Notes: generated by a model not told the origin, from the letters alone. A DNA stretch of 63,931 bases, filler included, from Rhabdomonas costata (GCA_019059605.1; 46 parts of 46 records of this genome joined end to end with filler, not necessarily neighbours in it); one strand, 5' to 3'; shown: positions 11,412-24,800, counted from the first letter of the whole stretch. Numbers and translations are program-made.

Positions 11412-12534
11412 CGGAGACATGTCTCTTGTTCTCGTTTGTGCCAGCAAGCTTTTTTGCCGCCATGAATGTTCTTCCTTTCAAAGCTTTGGGACGCTGGACA
11501 TTAACACATTTTCAATATTTTTTTTTGGGTTGGGGGTTCAATTTTTTTGGGGGGTATCAGTATTCAGTGGGGGGCAAAGTTCGAGTGGTTTTCACGAAAG
11601 GGGGGTGTTGGCCATTACCTTCCCTGGGAAACAGTGTGTCGGGCAAATGGGTTTGTGCTTTTCTTTTCTTTTCGAAGCAGGGCTTGAATATGGCAAACAG
11701 CCAGGTCGTCCAGGTCAGGCAAAAGGTCGGTTGAGGTTAACTCCCAAGTCAGGTCCCCAAGAAACAAATAAAAAGAGCGCTGCGAACCTGGGGAGGGTCC
11801 ACGGTCAGAGGGAGAGCTTGGCGCACCTTCGGGGCGTGCTGCTATGCACGGGCTACATGGGCTTCCTCTATGGCGAGGGGGAATGTGGTCGCGAGGGCGA
11901 GAAGGAACAGAGCAGCGAGCGGACGCCCGGTTTCCCGCGCATTATCTGCGTTGGATTGACTCAACGCCTCAGCTCCCATGCAGAGAGCAGGCATTAAGCA
12001 ATTTTCGGCTGCAGGCCGTGCAGGCTGCAGCTCGACATTTTGAAATGCTGTTCTGAACATGAATTTTTCGGCTTTGCGGCTACTTGCTCGCTGCCCCTGC
12101 TACTTCTCGGGGGTTTTTTTTAGAGCCTTAGCACAAATTCGCTGTGTGCGGGTCATTACCCCTTGGCCGTTACCTGAATGCTTGAAGGTGTTCCCACGCC
12201 CCCCAAAATTAAGGTTCTTGTGTTGTGTGCCATGAAAAGACTTTCTATTGCCTGTGTCACACCGAAATGCTCAACGAAGCTCGCCTGCACAGAAAGAAGG
12301 ACAATCCCGGCGAATCTTCCTTCAGAAGGGTGTCCTCCACAAGGGTGGCAGAGTGAGCCAAATTTCCGCCAGGGGATGAGCCGCTTATTTTCCCCCAGGT
12401 TCCCCAGGAACGCAGCCCGCATCCTCGGTAAGNNNNNNNNNNNNNNNNNNNNNNNNNNNNNNNNNNNNNNNNNNNNTTAATTAATTAANNNNNNNNNNNN
12501 NNNNNNNNNNNNNNNNNNNNNNNNNNNNNNNNGG

Positions 12535-13824
12535 TTGTTTGTATGAGTTTCGAGACTACCAGCTGTAAGTGGATTGCACCCAGTGTATACACATTGGGCT
12601 TTAAAAATCAAGCATAGCAGACCAATAGGCATTTAAGTCGTGTTAAGGAATGTAAGTGGCACACCAAAATTATTATTCAAAACCAAAACGTTTGTCACAA
12701 ATGCACACAATTACATATAGACGTGATATAGCAAGTGTAAAACACAGAGTTGCCTATATTCAACAAAACGTTAATACATAAATTCAATCTTGAACACTAC
12801 TGATCTAACAACAACAATGACCCATCTAATTCTGAATAGGAGTCACATTTAATGTAAGTACTGCCAAACAGCTTTTAAAGTTTGTGGTGAAGTACAGCTT
12901 ACTCTAAAGATCTATCATTTTTATTGGGAATGTCAGGTTTTTGGGGAGAAGTTTTTTCCACATTAACATGCAGCTCAGTCCATCAAGTGATTTCTATACA
13001 AGTACCAACTGCCAAGCAGAACTGATGAACAACAATCAAGCAACTGATTCGAATTTCCAGTATGATAATCGTTCGTTTGTGGTTCTGTACTGGATATCTA
13101 CTTAACCAACGTCGTAGAGATTGCTGTAAAATGCCACGCTGGCAGAAGCGGACATTCTGCAGTACTAAATGAATCTCTGATACCACTTTTGCACATACAT
13201 TACGCAATAAAAGGGACCACTAAACCAGCTGAAGTAACGAAAACAGCCGTTTGATTTACTTTTGGCAAAATGTAATTACATTTCGACAGTTTTCAGTCAG
13301 AATAACGATACTTATCCACAGTCTAGAGGTAGTACTTAGGATCACCAAAAACCAAAACGTCCTACACAGTACGTATCCTCATACAGCGAGAAAATTAGCC
13401 CACAGAGTCGATACCACAACCTCATCAGAGACCATTTGTAGAAAAAATGCACATCTGAAGCATCTCCAAAGATTGGATTGCGTATTTTTCATACTCATAG
13501 CAGCTCACACCAGCAAGCGATTCATCTTCAAACTCATCCGAACCACTTCAAGCAGCAGACCCATTTACGTTGGTTACACAAAATGAAGACCCATTCGCTC
13601 TTGGGCCTCAAACCTCCAACAGATGTTAAAACACCGCTCGCACTCAAAGATGGCACATCATTCCAAGAACACTGATACTTTTACACAGAGAAAGATAAAG
13701 AGTCAGCACAATATCAAGCTCACAAAAAAACACCAATTGAAATTCAACTGTGTTCACATCAACGCTTACATCACACTGACCACACGTCCAGTGCTAAGGC
13801 AAGGTAATTTGAGTAAACACCCAC
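12535..13824 (+). CDS. Putative intronless CDS fragment read with a non-stop genetic code (TGA=Trp, TAR=Glu/Gln), likely a second organism
   Basis: AT-rich contig with no intron signature. The frame from 12535 reads ...IECKYCQTAFKVCGEVQLTLKIY...NWFEFPVWESFVCGSVLDIYLTNVVEIAVKCH...QSEERYLSTVEREYLGSPK... when stops are recoded. Family unknown. Confidence 0.55.
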
Positions 13825-14154
13825 NNNNNNNNNNNNNNNNNNNNNNNNNNNNNNNNNNNNNNNNNNNNTTAATTAATTAANNNNNNNNNNNNNNNNNNNN
13901 NNNNNNNNNNNNNNNNNNNNNNNNTTTTTGTTGTTTTCAATCTGCTATTGCAAAATATGGGGCAACCATACCCAGACGACAGAGGAAGAGGAACTGTGGG
14001 ACATATCGCCTCTCAACAGCTTCCAAAGCAAAATGAACAATCGGCCAACAAAGAGCATCGATCGTTATACATCCCTGTCTCGCAACATGGGCTCTTGCCC
14101 AATCGCACACTCCCACACTCTCCGACACGACAAAACGGGAGGGGGAGGAGGCAC

Positions 14155-14731
14155 CTGCAAGTCCGCAGAGGCCACCCACCGCAGGTCAGCGGACAAAGAG
14201 ACCGCCGTGACCGGGGAGTCGTGAAGGGCTCGGCGCACCGACACACACTTCAGAGTTTCCGCAGAAAGCAGGTACACTGCGCCCTCGTTGTCCCCGCAGC
14301 AAAGGTAAGCGCCACATGGGCTGAGGCAAGAATCATGACCTCCTTCCCTTCCTACACACCTCAATTTGTGATGCAGGCACTTTCCATCCCTAACTCTCTC
14401 TGAATCTGGACGTGCGGCTCCTTTAGGGGTCACTCGGACAATGGAAATGGCAAGACCAAACTCCATAAATTAGGGGAATGGTGGCTGAAAACAAAGAGGA
14501 ATCCCAAAGATTACTTAAACATGTCTGTCCTTGGCGAGCGCAGAGGTCTGCCTTTCGATTGATCGCGGTGGAAAGAGAAGAGAGCATGCTACTTTGGAAC
14601 GGCAGGAAACAACACAAACCCCATAACCACACCATACCTCACCATGAAGGCAGTGACAGAGTCCGAAGTGACCATCCTGGAGCGCACGGGCTTCAAGGTG
14701 CGATCGGGCTGCCACCCAGAACCACCCAAAA
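14155..14731 (-). CDS. WD40-repeat protein fragment, Sec12/PREB-like (2 exons)
   Basis: Exons 14731-14638 and 14320-14155 give ...SDSVTAFMVS|PCGAYLCCGDNEGAVYLL...LHDSPVTAVSLSADLRWVASAD. WD40 is clear; the Sec12 assignment is tentative. Confidence 0.7.
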
Positions 14732-15625
14732 CTAAAAAGAGTGCTGCCAAGACAGCATATCCTAAAGACAATCCTTCTGAAGGATAAACCGGCGGGTTTT
14801 CCCCCAACTGCAAAGTCAAGTGACGCTGCGGCACAGGGCACTGTTGAGATTCAGCAGAGCTCAGCACAGCGGCCGATCCAACCAAAATAACCATAGCCAG
14901 CACGGGCAAGTATGGGAGCAAAGGGCGTACAAATGTACCCCCCTCCAAAAAAACACAATGAAAATGACACAAACCTTGGAACAAGACTGCCTTTCGATTG
15001 GTTCGAGGAAAAAAAACGCCATGCACCGAGGATGAAAGTGAGATGAACCATGTTCAAATTGGAAAGGAAGCACAACTGAGTCAAGCTGGAATTTTACTTG
15101 GGCCTGGGCCCAAGCAGCCAGTGCTCAATACAAACCGCTTAAATACTACGGAAGGTCACGCGTACTTGCTACTTGCGACTCGATTCACAGCTTTGATGAG
15201 AGCCCAACACCCCCCCNNNNNNNNNNNNNNNNNNNNNNNNNNNNNNNNNNNNNNNNNNNNTTAATTAATTAANNNNNNNNNNNNNNNNNNNNNNNNNNNN
15301 NNNNNNNNNNNNNNNNGTTTGTTTGCGAGTACTCGATTTGCTGTCGTTCATTTTTCCACAGTGATGGCCATTTTTAAATCGCGTTTTGTCTTTTGCAAAG
15401 CTTTCTTTGTTGTCTCCCTTTGGGTACAGAATCCGCCTTTCGACATTCGCTGGCACACTGCTCTCACTCCGCCATTCCGATTCAAGACCGAACGATTTTT
15501 AGCCCTTTGTTTCGCTCACAGCAGGCGGGACACAACAAGACGGAAGCGTGTGCATATTCTTTCTTCAGAGCTTTTTTAAGCTCATCGCAAAGCTCACCGC
15601 TCACCGTCTTCCTCTGTTCCCACAG

Positions 15626-16328
15626 GGTGAGGTGGTCGCCGTTCAGCTCGGACATCTTCCTGTCGTGCTCTGCGGACTGGACCTCGCGGGTGTGGCAGCA
15701 GGACCGCCTGGATCCCCTGCTGACCTTCCAAAGCCTCCCCGACGCCGTGCACGACGCCTGCTGGAGCCCCTCCGTCAGCACCCTCTTCGCCACCGTCACC
15801 GCGAAGGGCAGGATCGACTTGTGGGACCTGGTAAGGACACCGACCCGCTGCACTGCGTGGGAGAGCAGAGAGGGCTTGTGGGCTTGGGTTGCAGTGGGAG
15901 GTGGGTAGTTCGCGCCTTCTTCCTTTGTAGTGAGTTAGTTTGAACCCATCTCTGAGGAGGCCTTGCAATTGTGTGCCGTTTTTTTTGTGATATTGTGTTT
16001 TCTATTGGGGGGTGGAGGTCGAACTATAATAATGCCTAGCGTTGTTTCTCGCACCCAACTGCACGCACCTGTATCACTTATTAAAGCACAGCAACCTTAA
16101 TCTCAATCGCTTGACGCTGGCGCTACCTTCCCCCTCCCCTAAAAAGCACAGTGTCCCATTTTTGTTTCACATACCTTTTGTCACGCCCATTCTCATCCCT
16201 ACGTCGTTTCTACATCTGACCTGTGGCACAAGCTCGCTTTCTTGCGCTCTAAGGTTAAGCCCTTGGAACCCAAGACGTACCTGGAGCTCCAGGGCAGGTG
16301 CCTGAACTGCGTCTCATTCACAAACCAG
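15626..16328 (+). CDS. Axonemal dynein intermediate chain (WDR78/DNAI4-like WD40) fragment (2 exons)
   Basis: Exons 15626-15830 (VRWSPFSSDIFLSCSADWT...DACWSPSVSTLFA...IDLWDL) and 16254-16328 (VKPLEPK...LNCVSF), GT-AG, phase 0. Confidence 0.85.
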
Positions 16329-16810
16329 GTGCGCGTGTACCATTGCCACCGCTCTCCCAGTTCTTGGACCTGTTTTCGTCATCTATCCCGCTCATTCGAA
16401 TCACAGAAGATGCATCGTGTATCGCCTGCCAACCCCCTGCAAAGGCTTCTATTGTCTTCCCAAGAACAAAACAAGGGGCTGTCCGTCCTCGACTTATCGA
16501 AGATATAAGGCACACAACAAGAAAAAGAAACTATCGTCCTGCCTGGGCTTGGCACAAGTGACTTATCCAGCCACACAACTGTCCTTCTCTTATTCCCATG
16601 GAACACCCNNNNNNNNNNNNNNNNNNNNNNNNNNNNNNNNNNNNNNNNNNNNTTAATTAATTAANNNNNNNNNNNNNNNNNNNNNNNNNNNNNNNNNNNN
16701 NNNNNNNNGTTTTTTTGTGTACTGCTTTCTGCTTTTTTTGTCGACCTGCGTCACCAAGCTATGCGCTCGTGCTGTGTGTACCTGCTGTGATCCCTCCCCT
16801 AGCGGGGTAA

Positions 16811-17022
16811 ATGTTGATGTCTAAGCCGCTCGCCAAGGTCCGTCTCCTCCTCTGCCGGCCATGTCGGAAGTACTGTCCCTCAGATGACCTGATGGACGAC
16901 CCCCTGCGAGGGGCTCGTGCCCACGGCTTTGAGCGCCCCTTTGACCAGCTTCAGGTCACGTCCTGGGGGGTCATTCTGATGTTCCTTGTCCTCTTCTACG
17001 TCTTCAATGGGCCCTGCTTAAG
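16811..17022 (+). CDS. First exon of a DHHC palmitoyltransferase (ZDHHC1/11-like N-terminus)
   Basis: RAHGFERPFDQLQVTSW followed by a TM helix matches the RxxGWxxPxHxLQxxxW motif. Donor ag|gttccc after 17022. The DHHC motif itself is not in the contig. Confidence 0.7.
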
Positions 17023-19019
17023 GTTCCCTCGCCTCCCCCCTTCTCTTTCTGACGTTAGCGTGTTCTGTGGCAAGCTCAGACTTCTGGTTGGCAAATCCGT
17101 TGATTGTTATCTTCCCATTGCTCCATTCAACTCAGCTGAACAGGGGTTGGACAGGGGCTTCTTTTTTCGAGTGCACGTTTTGTGTCGTCGCACTTCATCG
17201 TGAGCTTGTTTCAATGGAGAGTCGAACGAGGAAAGGGATACCCTTCAATGCAGACGTGCTGGGTTTTGCACAAGACGGGAAACAATTTATAACAAAAAAC
17301 ACATGGGCCAACTTTTTTGCAGGGGAAATAGGCATATGTAGAGGGGGTGAAGGGGAGAACAGAAGGGGTATTACCCGCCACCGGTTCTGCGCTCGCAGTA
17401 ATGAAAAAGAGAAAGCATACTTGGGTTGGGGAAAGGAAGGGCCTTTGCCACAAAGATCACACAAATCCAAGAAGAGAGAGAAAGACAACACAAGTGGAGA
17501 AGGAAGGAAAGTAAGGATGCGCGCACAGGAAGGGGGGGGGCCATTTAAGCCTGTTCCCCATTCAGTTTGCATGGTCGCTGCTTTCTTGTGTGCTTCAAGG
17601 GTGAGGGAGGCAGGGGTGCTGTACTGCTGCTAGTGCCCACCTCTTTGTCCGATAAAGAAGTAACCACTTTGTTTTACGGTGGCATGCGGTTCCCTCCTTT
17701 TACTTTCTCTCCGGCAGTAAAAGGTTTCCGCCTGCAAACATAAGCATCTTTAGTGAAACAACAAACCCGCTCATAGAAGCCGCGCGGTTCAGTTGTTTGG
17801 CCCACGCGTATAAAGAAAATTGATTACTCATGCATGTGGCACGACAACCTCAAGCTCCTCATTCTACTCAGGATCCCACAACCTTCCCTTTCAACCAACG
17901 CCTCACTTGCTCACTTCAGCCGGTTCTGCAGGCTGCAAGACTGAAGCTTATGATCCATTCATTGACTTCACTGAATGCCATGTAATTCCCCCACAACACA
18001 NNNNNNNNNNNNNNNNNNNNNNNNNNNNNNNNNNNNNNNNNNNNTTAATTAATTAANNNNNNNNNNNNNNNNNNNNNNNNNNNNNNNNNNNNNNNNNNNN
18101 GTTTGTGTGGGCGACCTCTGCTCCCGGGCCCGCGAGGGTGGGCCCACCCAGGGCCACATCGATGGTACCCAGTTTGACTTCGAGGTAGCCATCTCCGTCT
18201 GCGAGAATCTCGGTAATCAAGGGGAGGGGGGCATTACATGTTAGCACCTTAAACGTATTGTCTGTCGAGGGGCAAAAAAATAGTATAAGTAACCCCATCG
18301 TTGCTGAAACCCTGAAACACGAAAGCCCTAATGCATTTCGCATTAGTGCCGTACCGCATTTGCATTAGTTGAAGCAGTTCACCTGACCCCAGTGCCCTAA
18401 AAATAACATTGCCAAAAAGTGATCGGTTCGGTCTATCGCGGCTAAATGGTTAGCCGTGCTGAACGGAGCATCACCGACCCCATGGAACGCCCCAGTCTAA
18501 CCGCCCGCTCCGGCCGCGCGGCGGATTGGCCCGTTGACAGACATGGGGTGCCGGCTCACCATCATCTTTGCCAATGGATGCTGAACTCGTTGGAGCTTCC
18601 TGGATTCTTCACCAGGCTGCACACTTCATCAACGACCTGACCACAGACTCTGCGCACTGCACCACACCTTTGTTTCCAGAACGGAGTGCGCATTGGAGAT
18701 ATAGCTTGCATTTTAGTGTTCTTTACCCGCTGCGATGTCAAAGTTCTAGCCCATTGCTGCTATTGTTTTGAGTTTCTGAATTGGAGCCGGAATGATTCTG
18801 CTCGGGTCCCTTTGCTGCTGGGGCAACAGCAACAGCAACAAAGGATTCTCGGGTACTCTGTGGAAGTTTGCCTTGCAGTTGATGTGAATGGTGACTATAG
18901 CCAACATCTGTGATGAAAAACTCTCATGGGAAACAGCCATGCGGTTTTTAGAAGCTTCATCCAAATGAATGGATTTCCCAAAGGCCACTCCACGGACCCC
19001 TCGTGACCGACCTGTGCAG

Positions 19020-19205
19020 GTGGTGTGGAAGCCTCCGACCTCCCCGTCCGAAGCCGAGGGGGAGGTGGACGTCCTGCTGGGCTCCTCGGGGCTGGAGCAC
19101 AGGATCCGCGCCTTCCTCACTCGAAGCTTCGCCACGCACTTCGTGCTGGAGAACGCCATGGGGGTGCCGCTGAGCGCGCTGAGCTACTTCCCTAAAGAAG
19201 ACGAG
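19020..19205 (+). CDS. Exon ending in a mono-ADP-ribosyltransferase-like catalytic loop
   Basis: cag|VVWKPP...HFVLENAMGVPLSALSYFPKEDE|gtacct resembles GxxISxxSxFPxExE(VL) of R-S-E ARTs. The other motifs are not seen. Confidence 0.45.
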
Positions 19206-19509
19206 GTACCTCCCGTCGTGCAGTTAAGGAGGAGTTTTATGACCCCCAGTCCAGAAATCACGCACTCCATCGTGCATCGAATTACGCTGCTTCAGCCTCA
19301 CCACAGCCACGGCTTACCACGCCACCGTGCTCGTCTCAGACCCTCTTAAGGGCAAGCACAACCTGCACTCCACCGCGGAGTACCCCAAAAAANNNNNNNN
19401 NNNNNNNNNNNNNNNNNNNNNNNNNNNNNNNNNNNNTTAATTAATTAANNNNNNNNNNNNNNNNNNNNNNNNNNNNNNNNNNNNNNNNNNNNGTGGGTGT
19501 GTTGCGGAC

Positions 19510-20367
19510 GGACGAACCCCGCTCCAAAGAGGGGTAGGAGCTGCAGGAGTGCAGGGCAGGGATGGTAGTGGAGGGCACCCGGGGAAGTGCCGAGGAGGAT
19601 GGGTTCTGGAGGGAGGGCAGCAAGGGCTTGGGCCCACCTCGGGAGGGCGGAGACTCCGAGGAGGGGATCGAGGGCTCTGAGAGGAACTGCACTCGCATCG
19701 CCTGAGGACTGGGCGGCTGAGAGAGCCACACCACGTGCAATTTACCATTTGCTCATACACACAGACACGAGAGATACGTGTGAAAAGTGCATGCTAATAT
19801 GGATCGATCTTCGCGGCGAATATTCTGCATTTCTGATGTACCGCATTACAGAGCGCGGTGTGGCTACTCCGCGGAAGGAAGCGTTTGAAAAACTGCACAT
19901 GGATCAACAAGATTGCACATGCACCTTCCATTATGTGCACAGGAAACTTGGGTGGCTGTTAGGGCCCTCATACATACCAGCACTGTCACAGTGCAGCTTA
20001 TTGGAAAGTTTCTCCCATTTGCTAAGTTCACTTTGACGTCAGTGTGTTGCCAGCCACGTCTGCGACAACACGTGTTGACAGCAAAAAGCTTACCCAAGAC
20101 AAGTTTACGCAGCACTCTGAGAAGTGGGCACCATCTTTATCCAACCCTTTGCTCACTCAGTAGCGTTCTTGCAGTGCGGGCGCGTACCCCCAGAGGTGCT
20201 CTCTCCCGTTTCATGGGAGAGGTCAGCCTGGGGAGCGTCTCACAGGCTTCCCTGGAAAAATCCACGTGGTTGGGACTGAGTGGGGCCACGTCCTCCTGCC
20301 CGCTCCATGTGCCGGATCGCGGGAAGGCCGGCGAAGACCCTAAGGGGAATGGGACGCGAGTGATATA
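19510..20367 (-). CDS. Unknown Pro/Ser-rich protein (2 exons)
   Basis: Exons 20367-20188 and 19701-19510 are bounded by AG/GT and join in phase 0. Confidence 0.55.
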
Positions 20368-21221
20368 CTGCAGATAATGCACCAAGAAGGCGTGGGTGTG
20401 CAACCCTGATCCGTGAATATCGCTCAATTGATGGGAGAACGTAATGTCATCAATCCATTTCTTTTAAAATTCAGTTTCCACCAATGAACCAATGGTACCG
20501 CTACACCCCTCCCCCCTCCAACGTCAGCTGCATGAGTCAAGACAGCCTTCCATACACCATTTAGAGCGTTCCACCACGTGGGTGTAGGATCAAAACTGCG
20601 TGCGAGGTATATGTCAAATCCGGGTGCAGATTATTGGCAAGTAGTAGGGTTGGGGCATCACTCGCCACCTTTCCTGAACAAGAAATCTACGTGGGCTGCC
20701 TCGCAAGGGGGCGCTTGAATGCACAGCAGGAATTCCTCACCCGCTCACGCGCAACGCTAAGAGCTCAAGATGGAGACAAAAACCNNNNNNNNNNNNNNNN
20801 NNNNNNNNNNNNNNNNNNNNNNNNNNNNTTAATTAATTAANNNNNNNNNNNNNNNNNNNNNNNNNNNNNNNNNNNNNNNNNNNNGGTGTTTGGTGGACCA
20901 GAATAGGATGAGATGATATTGGGTGGGTGAAGATTCCACTTTATTCATCTGAATCGCTTTTCCTTGTAACGTTGTGGGTGGATGCCCTGCGTGACCTTAC
21001 TTTGTTTCGAATGAAGGCTTTGCATAGGATCTTTGCATTTTCGATAGATTGCCCTCGTGGTGGTTTGTTTGATCAACTTGGTGGTAGTTTGCAAGCGGTT
21101 TGAATCCACAAAGTTTTGCTGCAGACAGGCACTCACACATGCACACATTTCCGAACGCCGCCCTGCGATGCCGCATGCCCTTAGGCTTTTCTCTCTTGCA
21201 CGCCCGATGTCCTGCGTATAG

Positions 21222-21874
21222 GTGGCCCCTGCGCAGTGGGCTTGTCTGTCGTGTACGTTGCTCAACCCGGCTTCAACTGAAGTGTGTGATGCGTGCGGGC
21301 GCCCTTTCGGGGCCCCGCCGGGGCCTGCAGAGGCTGCGAAAAAGGTGGACTCCCCCACGCACGCTCCGCGTTATGGACTTTCATTTATTCCGAATACACG
21401 GTAGGTCTCAATGAAGCCCACACAAACTCGAACTCGTCTTCAGCGTTCAAGGGATTCACCGTAAAGCGAGTCGGGCTCGGAATTTTGATTGTGGGCAAGT
21501 TGGGGTGGGGTGACCTTGGCCTCCTGTGAGGTGTGCGTGGCTGTGGGGGTGGAGGTGGTTCCCAAATGGCTTTGTCTGGCTTTTTGTTAGTGGGTGTTTT
21601 TCTTATCCATGAGTCCATTTCCTTACTTCATTTCCCCTCACACTCACTCTGTGTCCTTCTCTTTCGTGTGCGTCGGCCCGACTCCTGTCCCCCGTTGTAA
21701 TTTCACGCTCTGCTGTCGCTGTCAGCGAAATGTTCACGGTTTGGTCGCATCTGCTCACAGCTCCCTGGTCCCTTCCCTTTCCAGGATGCTGGGAAGGCCG
21801 ATGGCTCCCACGACGTGGACGTGGTGATTCTGGGCTCCGTAAAACGCAGCCGGGAAGCTGGCGCTGCTTCTGAG
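21222..21874 (+). CDS. RanBP2/NZF-type zinc-finger protein fragment (2 exons)
   Basis: Exon 21222-21344 WACLSCTLLNPASTEVCDACG (WxCxxCTxxN...CxxC) joins exon 21785-21874 (DVDVVILG) in phase 0. Confidence 0.85.
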
Positions 21875-24800
21875 GTTTGACTTTTTTGTCGGACGCTCTG
21901 TTTTCGCCCCTTGAGCTGCATATTGTCTTGAATTGCTATTTTTATGTTGGGGGCACCTATTGCGTTGCTGGAACCTGTTGCATGTCGTCGCCTGGAGTTT
22001 GCGTGATTTTGTCCAATGTTACTTGCTTGCAGCACATGTGCATTTTGCCGTCTCGTGTCTTCGAATTCGCTGGCAAAGTCTGAGAAAAGGCGCTTGAAGA
22101 ATCAGGCCGCATGAAGTCCCTCGAAAGACCCAAGGGTTGCCAAAAGAGAGAGCACATTCACCTAAACCACACAAANNNNNNNNNNNNNNNNNNNNNNNNN
22201 NNNNNNNNNNNNNNNNNNNTTAATTAATTAANNNNNNNNNNNNNNNNNNNNNNNNNNNNNNNNNNNNNNNNNNNNGGTGTTGTGTAAAGTTTATATTTTC
22301 CCGGCTGCGCCTTCCCGACTGCGCTCTTGGCACCCCGTTTGTGCGGGTATACCTTGTGCAATTTTCCGAACATTAACAAATTTCACGGCGGAACGGCTGA
22401 CAACCACTTTCGCATCAAAAATTTAGTTCGATTTCGTGGCTTCCGTTTGTGCGTTTTCCTTAAGCGTGCCCGTTTGTCCCCTGCCCAGGCTGAAGGAGTC
22501 ATAAGAGGCTCTTTGACCCTCCGACCCGCCAAAGCCCACGCGCTGCCTTCTCCCGCTGAAAGTTCCCCCACACACACACCAAAACAAAAGCACTTTCTCC
22601 CCGCGCACGTCCCGAACCATTTCTGTTACCTTCGTTTTTTCCCTCTCTGTTCCAGTGGACGCTTTTGTGCTGATTTCCTTTGTCTTTGGGCGGGGAAACA
22701 ACGTCTTCGGAGGACCATATTGATTACTTTAAATTTTTGTTTGTCGCCCGTCGGCGAGTTTGCGCAAAACTTTGCTTTTCGGCCCTCTGGACGGAGAACG
22801 CGACCCCACAGCTTCTGCCAACTAGCGTTGCCCAGGCACCGCAAACAGGCCAAGGCGGAGGGCGCCGCGGGCGGCAGGGGCAGTGCCCAGGCCATCCTGC
22901 TTTGGCGGGAAAGCATGAAAGGGCAGCGGAAACTGACGTGATCCGTGGGTTCGAAGGCGCCGTAGTGTTGCTTGTGTTGTCACCACCACCCAACCCACCA
23001 ATAGGAACAGAGGGCCAATCCACACTCCGGATCGCTATGCTCATGTTCGTTGGCCCTGTCTTGTATTTGCTGGTCGGTGTCGCTGAGCTTCACCTCCCTA
23101 GATGTCACTGCGTCTTTTGCCCCTACCCTTACTCTTGGTCACTCGTCGCCGCGCTCCTTGTTTCTATCCTCATACGATCGTTCTCCTATCCCCAAAGGCT
23201 TCATCTTTAGCACGGCGGCGGACGTAGGCCCGATCCAGCGTGAGAGGGCCCGGTTTTCCCGAACCTTGATTACCTTTAATAGTACTTTTACTTTTTACTC
23301 TTTCTTTACAAAACACTTTAATGAATACGCCTTTCCAAGCCCAATCAAAAGCGTCAGAAGGAACCAAAAAGACACCCAACGTGATGGAGGGCTGCTTTAA
23401 AAAAAAGGGGGATTTTGCCAAAAGGGAATTTCGTTCGGGGGAAACCGCGGTGAAAGTATGTGTTTTGGGGAGCCCGGTCGGTTACCATCCGACCCAAGCG
23501 GGACCAATGGACTTTGCAATGGCTTCCCGGCCCGAATCACTTGAAACCAAGACCAGGGACCAAACCCNNNNNNNNNNNNNNNNNNNNNNNNNNNNNNNNN
23601 NNNNNNNNNNNTTAATTAATTAANNNNNNNNNNNNNNNNNNNNNNNNNNNNNNNNNNNNNNNNNNNNGGGTTTTGGTGTCCTCGACGGCTTCCAGGGGGC
23701 ATCCATGTTGCTGGCCTTCCTACAAACCTCGCAGTCCTGCACCTAAACAAAGCAAAGGCGCGTCTTCTTCTTAGGGAACGTGCCCGGGGAAAAAGCGAGC
23801 GGGGGAAATGCAAAACCGTTTGCTGTAGTATTGTATTGGTGTGAAGGCAGTGAATGGAAGAGCGAGGAGTAGAAAGGTTGTTCTTTTGGTATTTCCGTGC
23901 TTTGAGGATACCTGAGGAACAATTTAAAGAAAATGGGGCCAGGGCAGGCTTGGGAAAAGCTTTATCTTTTGGTGCTTCTGTGCTTTTTTGGGGATGGATT
24001 ATTTTTTTTTGCTGGTTTCCGATCGATCCTGTACAAATTCCAAAATTCAGGCTGATCCATTCTCCTCAGGTTAGGTACGGGGCAGTGTCATTTTACTGCT
24101 GGGCAGTTATCTGATTGCTTGGTTAAAAAGTGCACCAAGACCGCATCGTTTGAGTTCCGGTCAGATCGTTCTTCCCTTCATCAAAACAGTGGGAAATAAG
24201 GGGAGAAGTCCTCGGCATGCCTGACCAAGGGCTTCCCTGACAGCATTCTCCACCCTCCTAACGAAAACAGCAAAGCCACAGGAGACGGGCACCTCGTAGC
24301 GCGGCAGGAGCAGCTTCCACCACTGTGGCGGAGGGCTTCGCTGGGCAAGTCCACCCCACATCCCCACTCGGAGCGAGACAAGGCACACACATGGAATGGC
24401 CTTTGTAGGGCGCACAGTCCTTCACGCACTGATCGAGATCAGTGCAGTCATCTTGGAGAAAAAATTACAATGAAAAAAAGAGAAGCGTCTCGCCACTCAC
24501 GGCATGAAAGAAGTACGACGAAATGCGTGACCCTACCTCCCTCACACTGAGAGGGCGGAGGCCACTTGGTGAGGGTAGCAAAACCATAAGGAATGACGAA
24601 AAGGACGCCGCGGGCCTGCAGAGCGAGGGTCCCACAACGAAAAAATTCGAAATGGGCAGAGCCTCTTGTTCGCCATGGCGCCCATATTCTCCTTCCCCCC
24701 ATCCACCCACCCTCACACCCATTAGCAAAGGAGTAAGCATGGTATACCTAAGGTTGTGGGCGGGGGTGGGGGGCAGGGGGCCGAACAGTGACCACTGGTG

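Noticed and set aside
22327-23400. Several overlapping 100-200 aa ORFs
   Set aside because: No domain, consistent exon borders or convincing codon bias; probably non-coding or unassignable.
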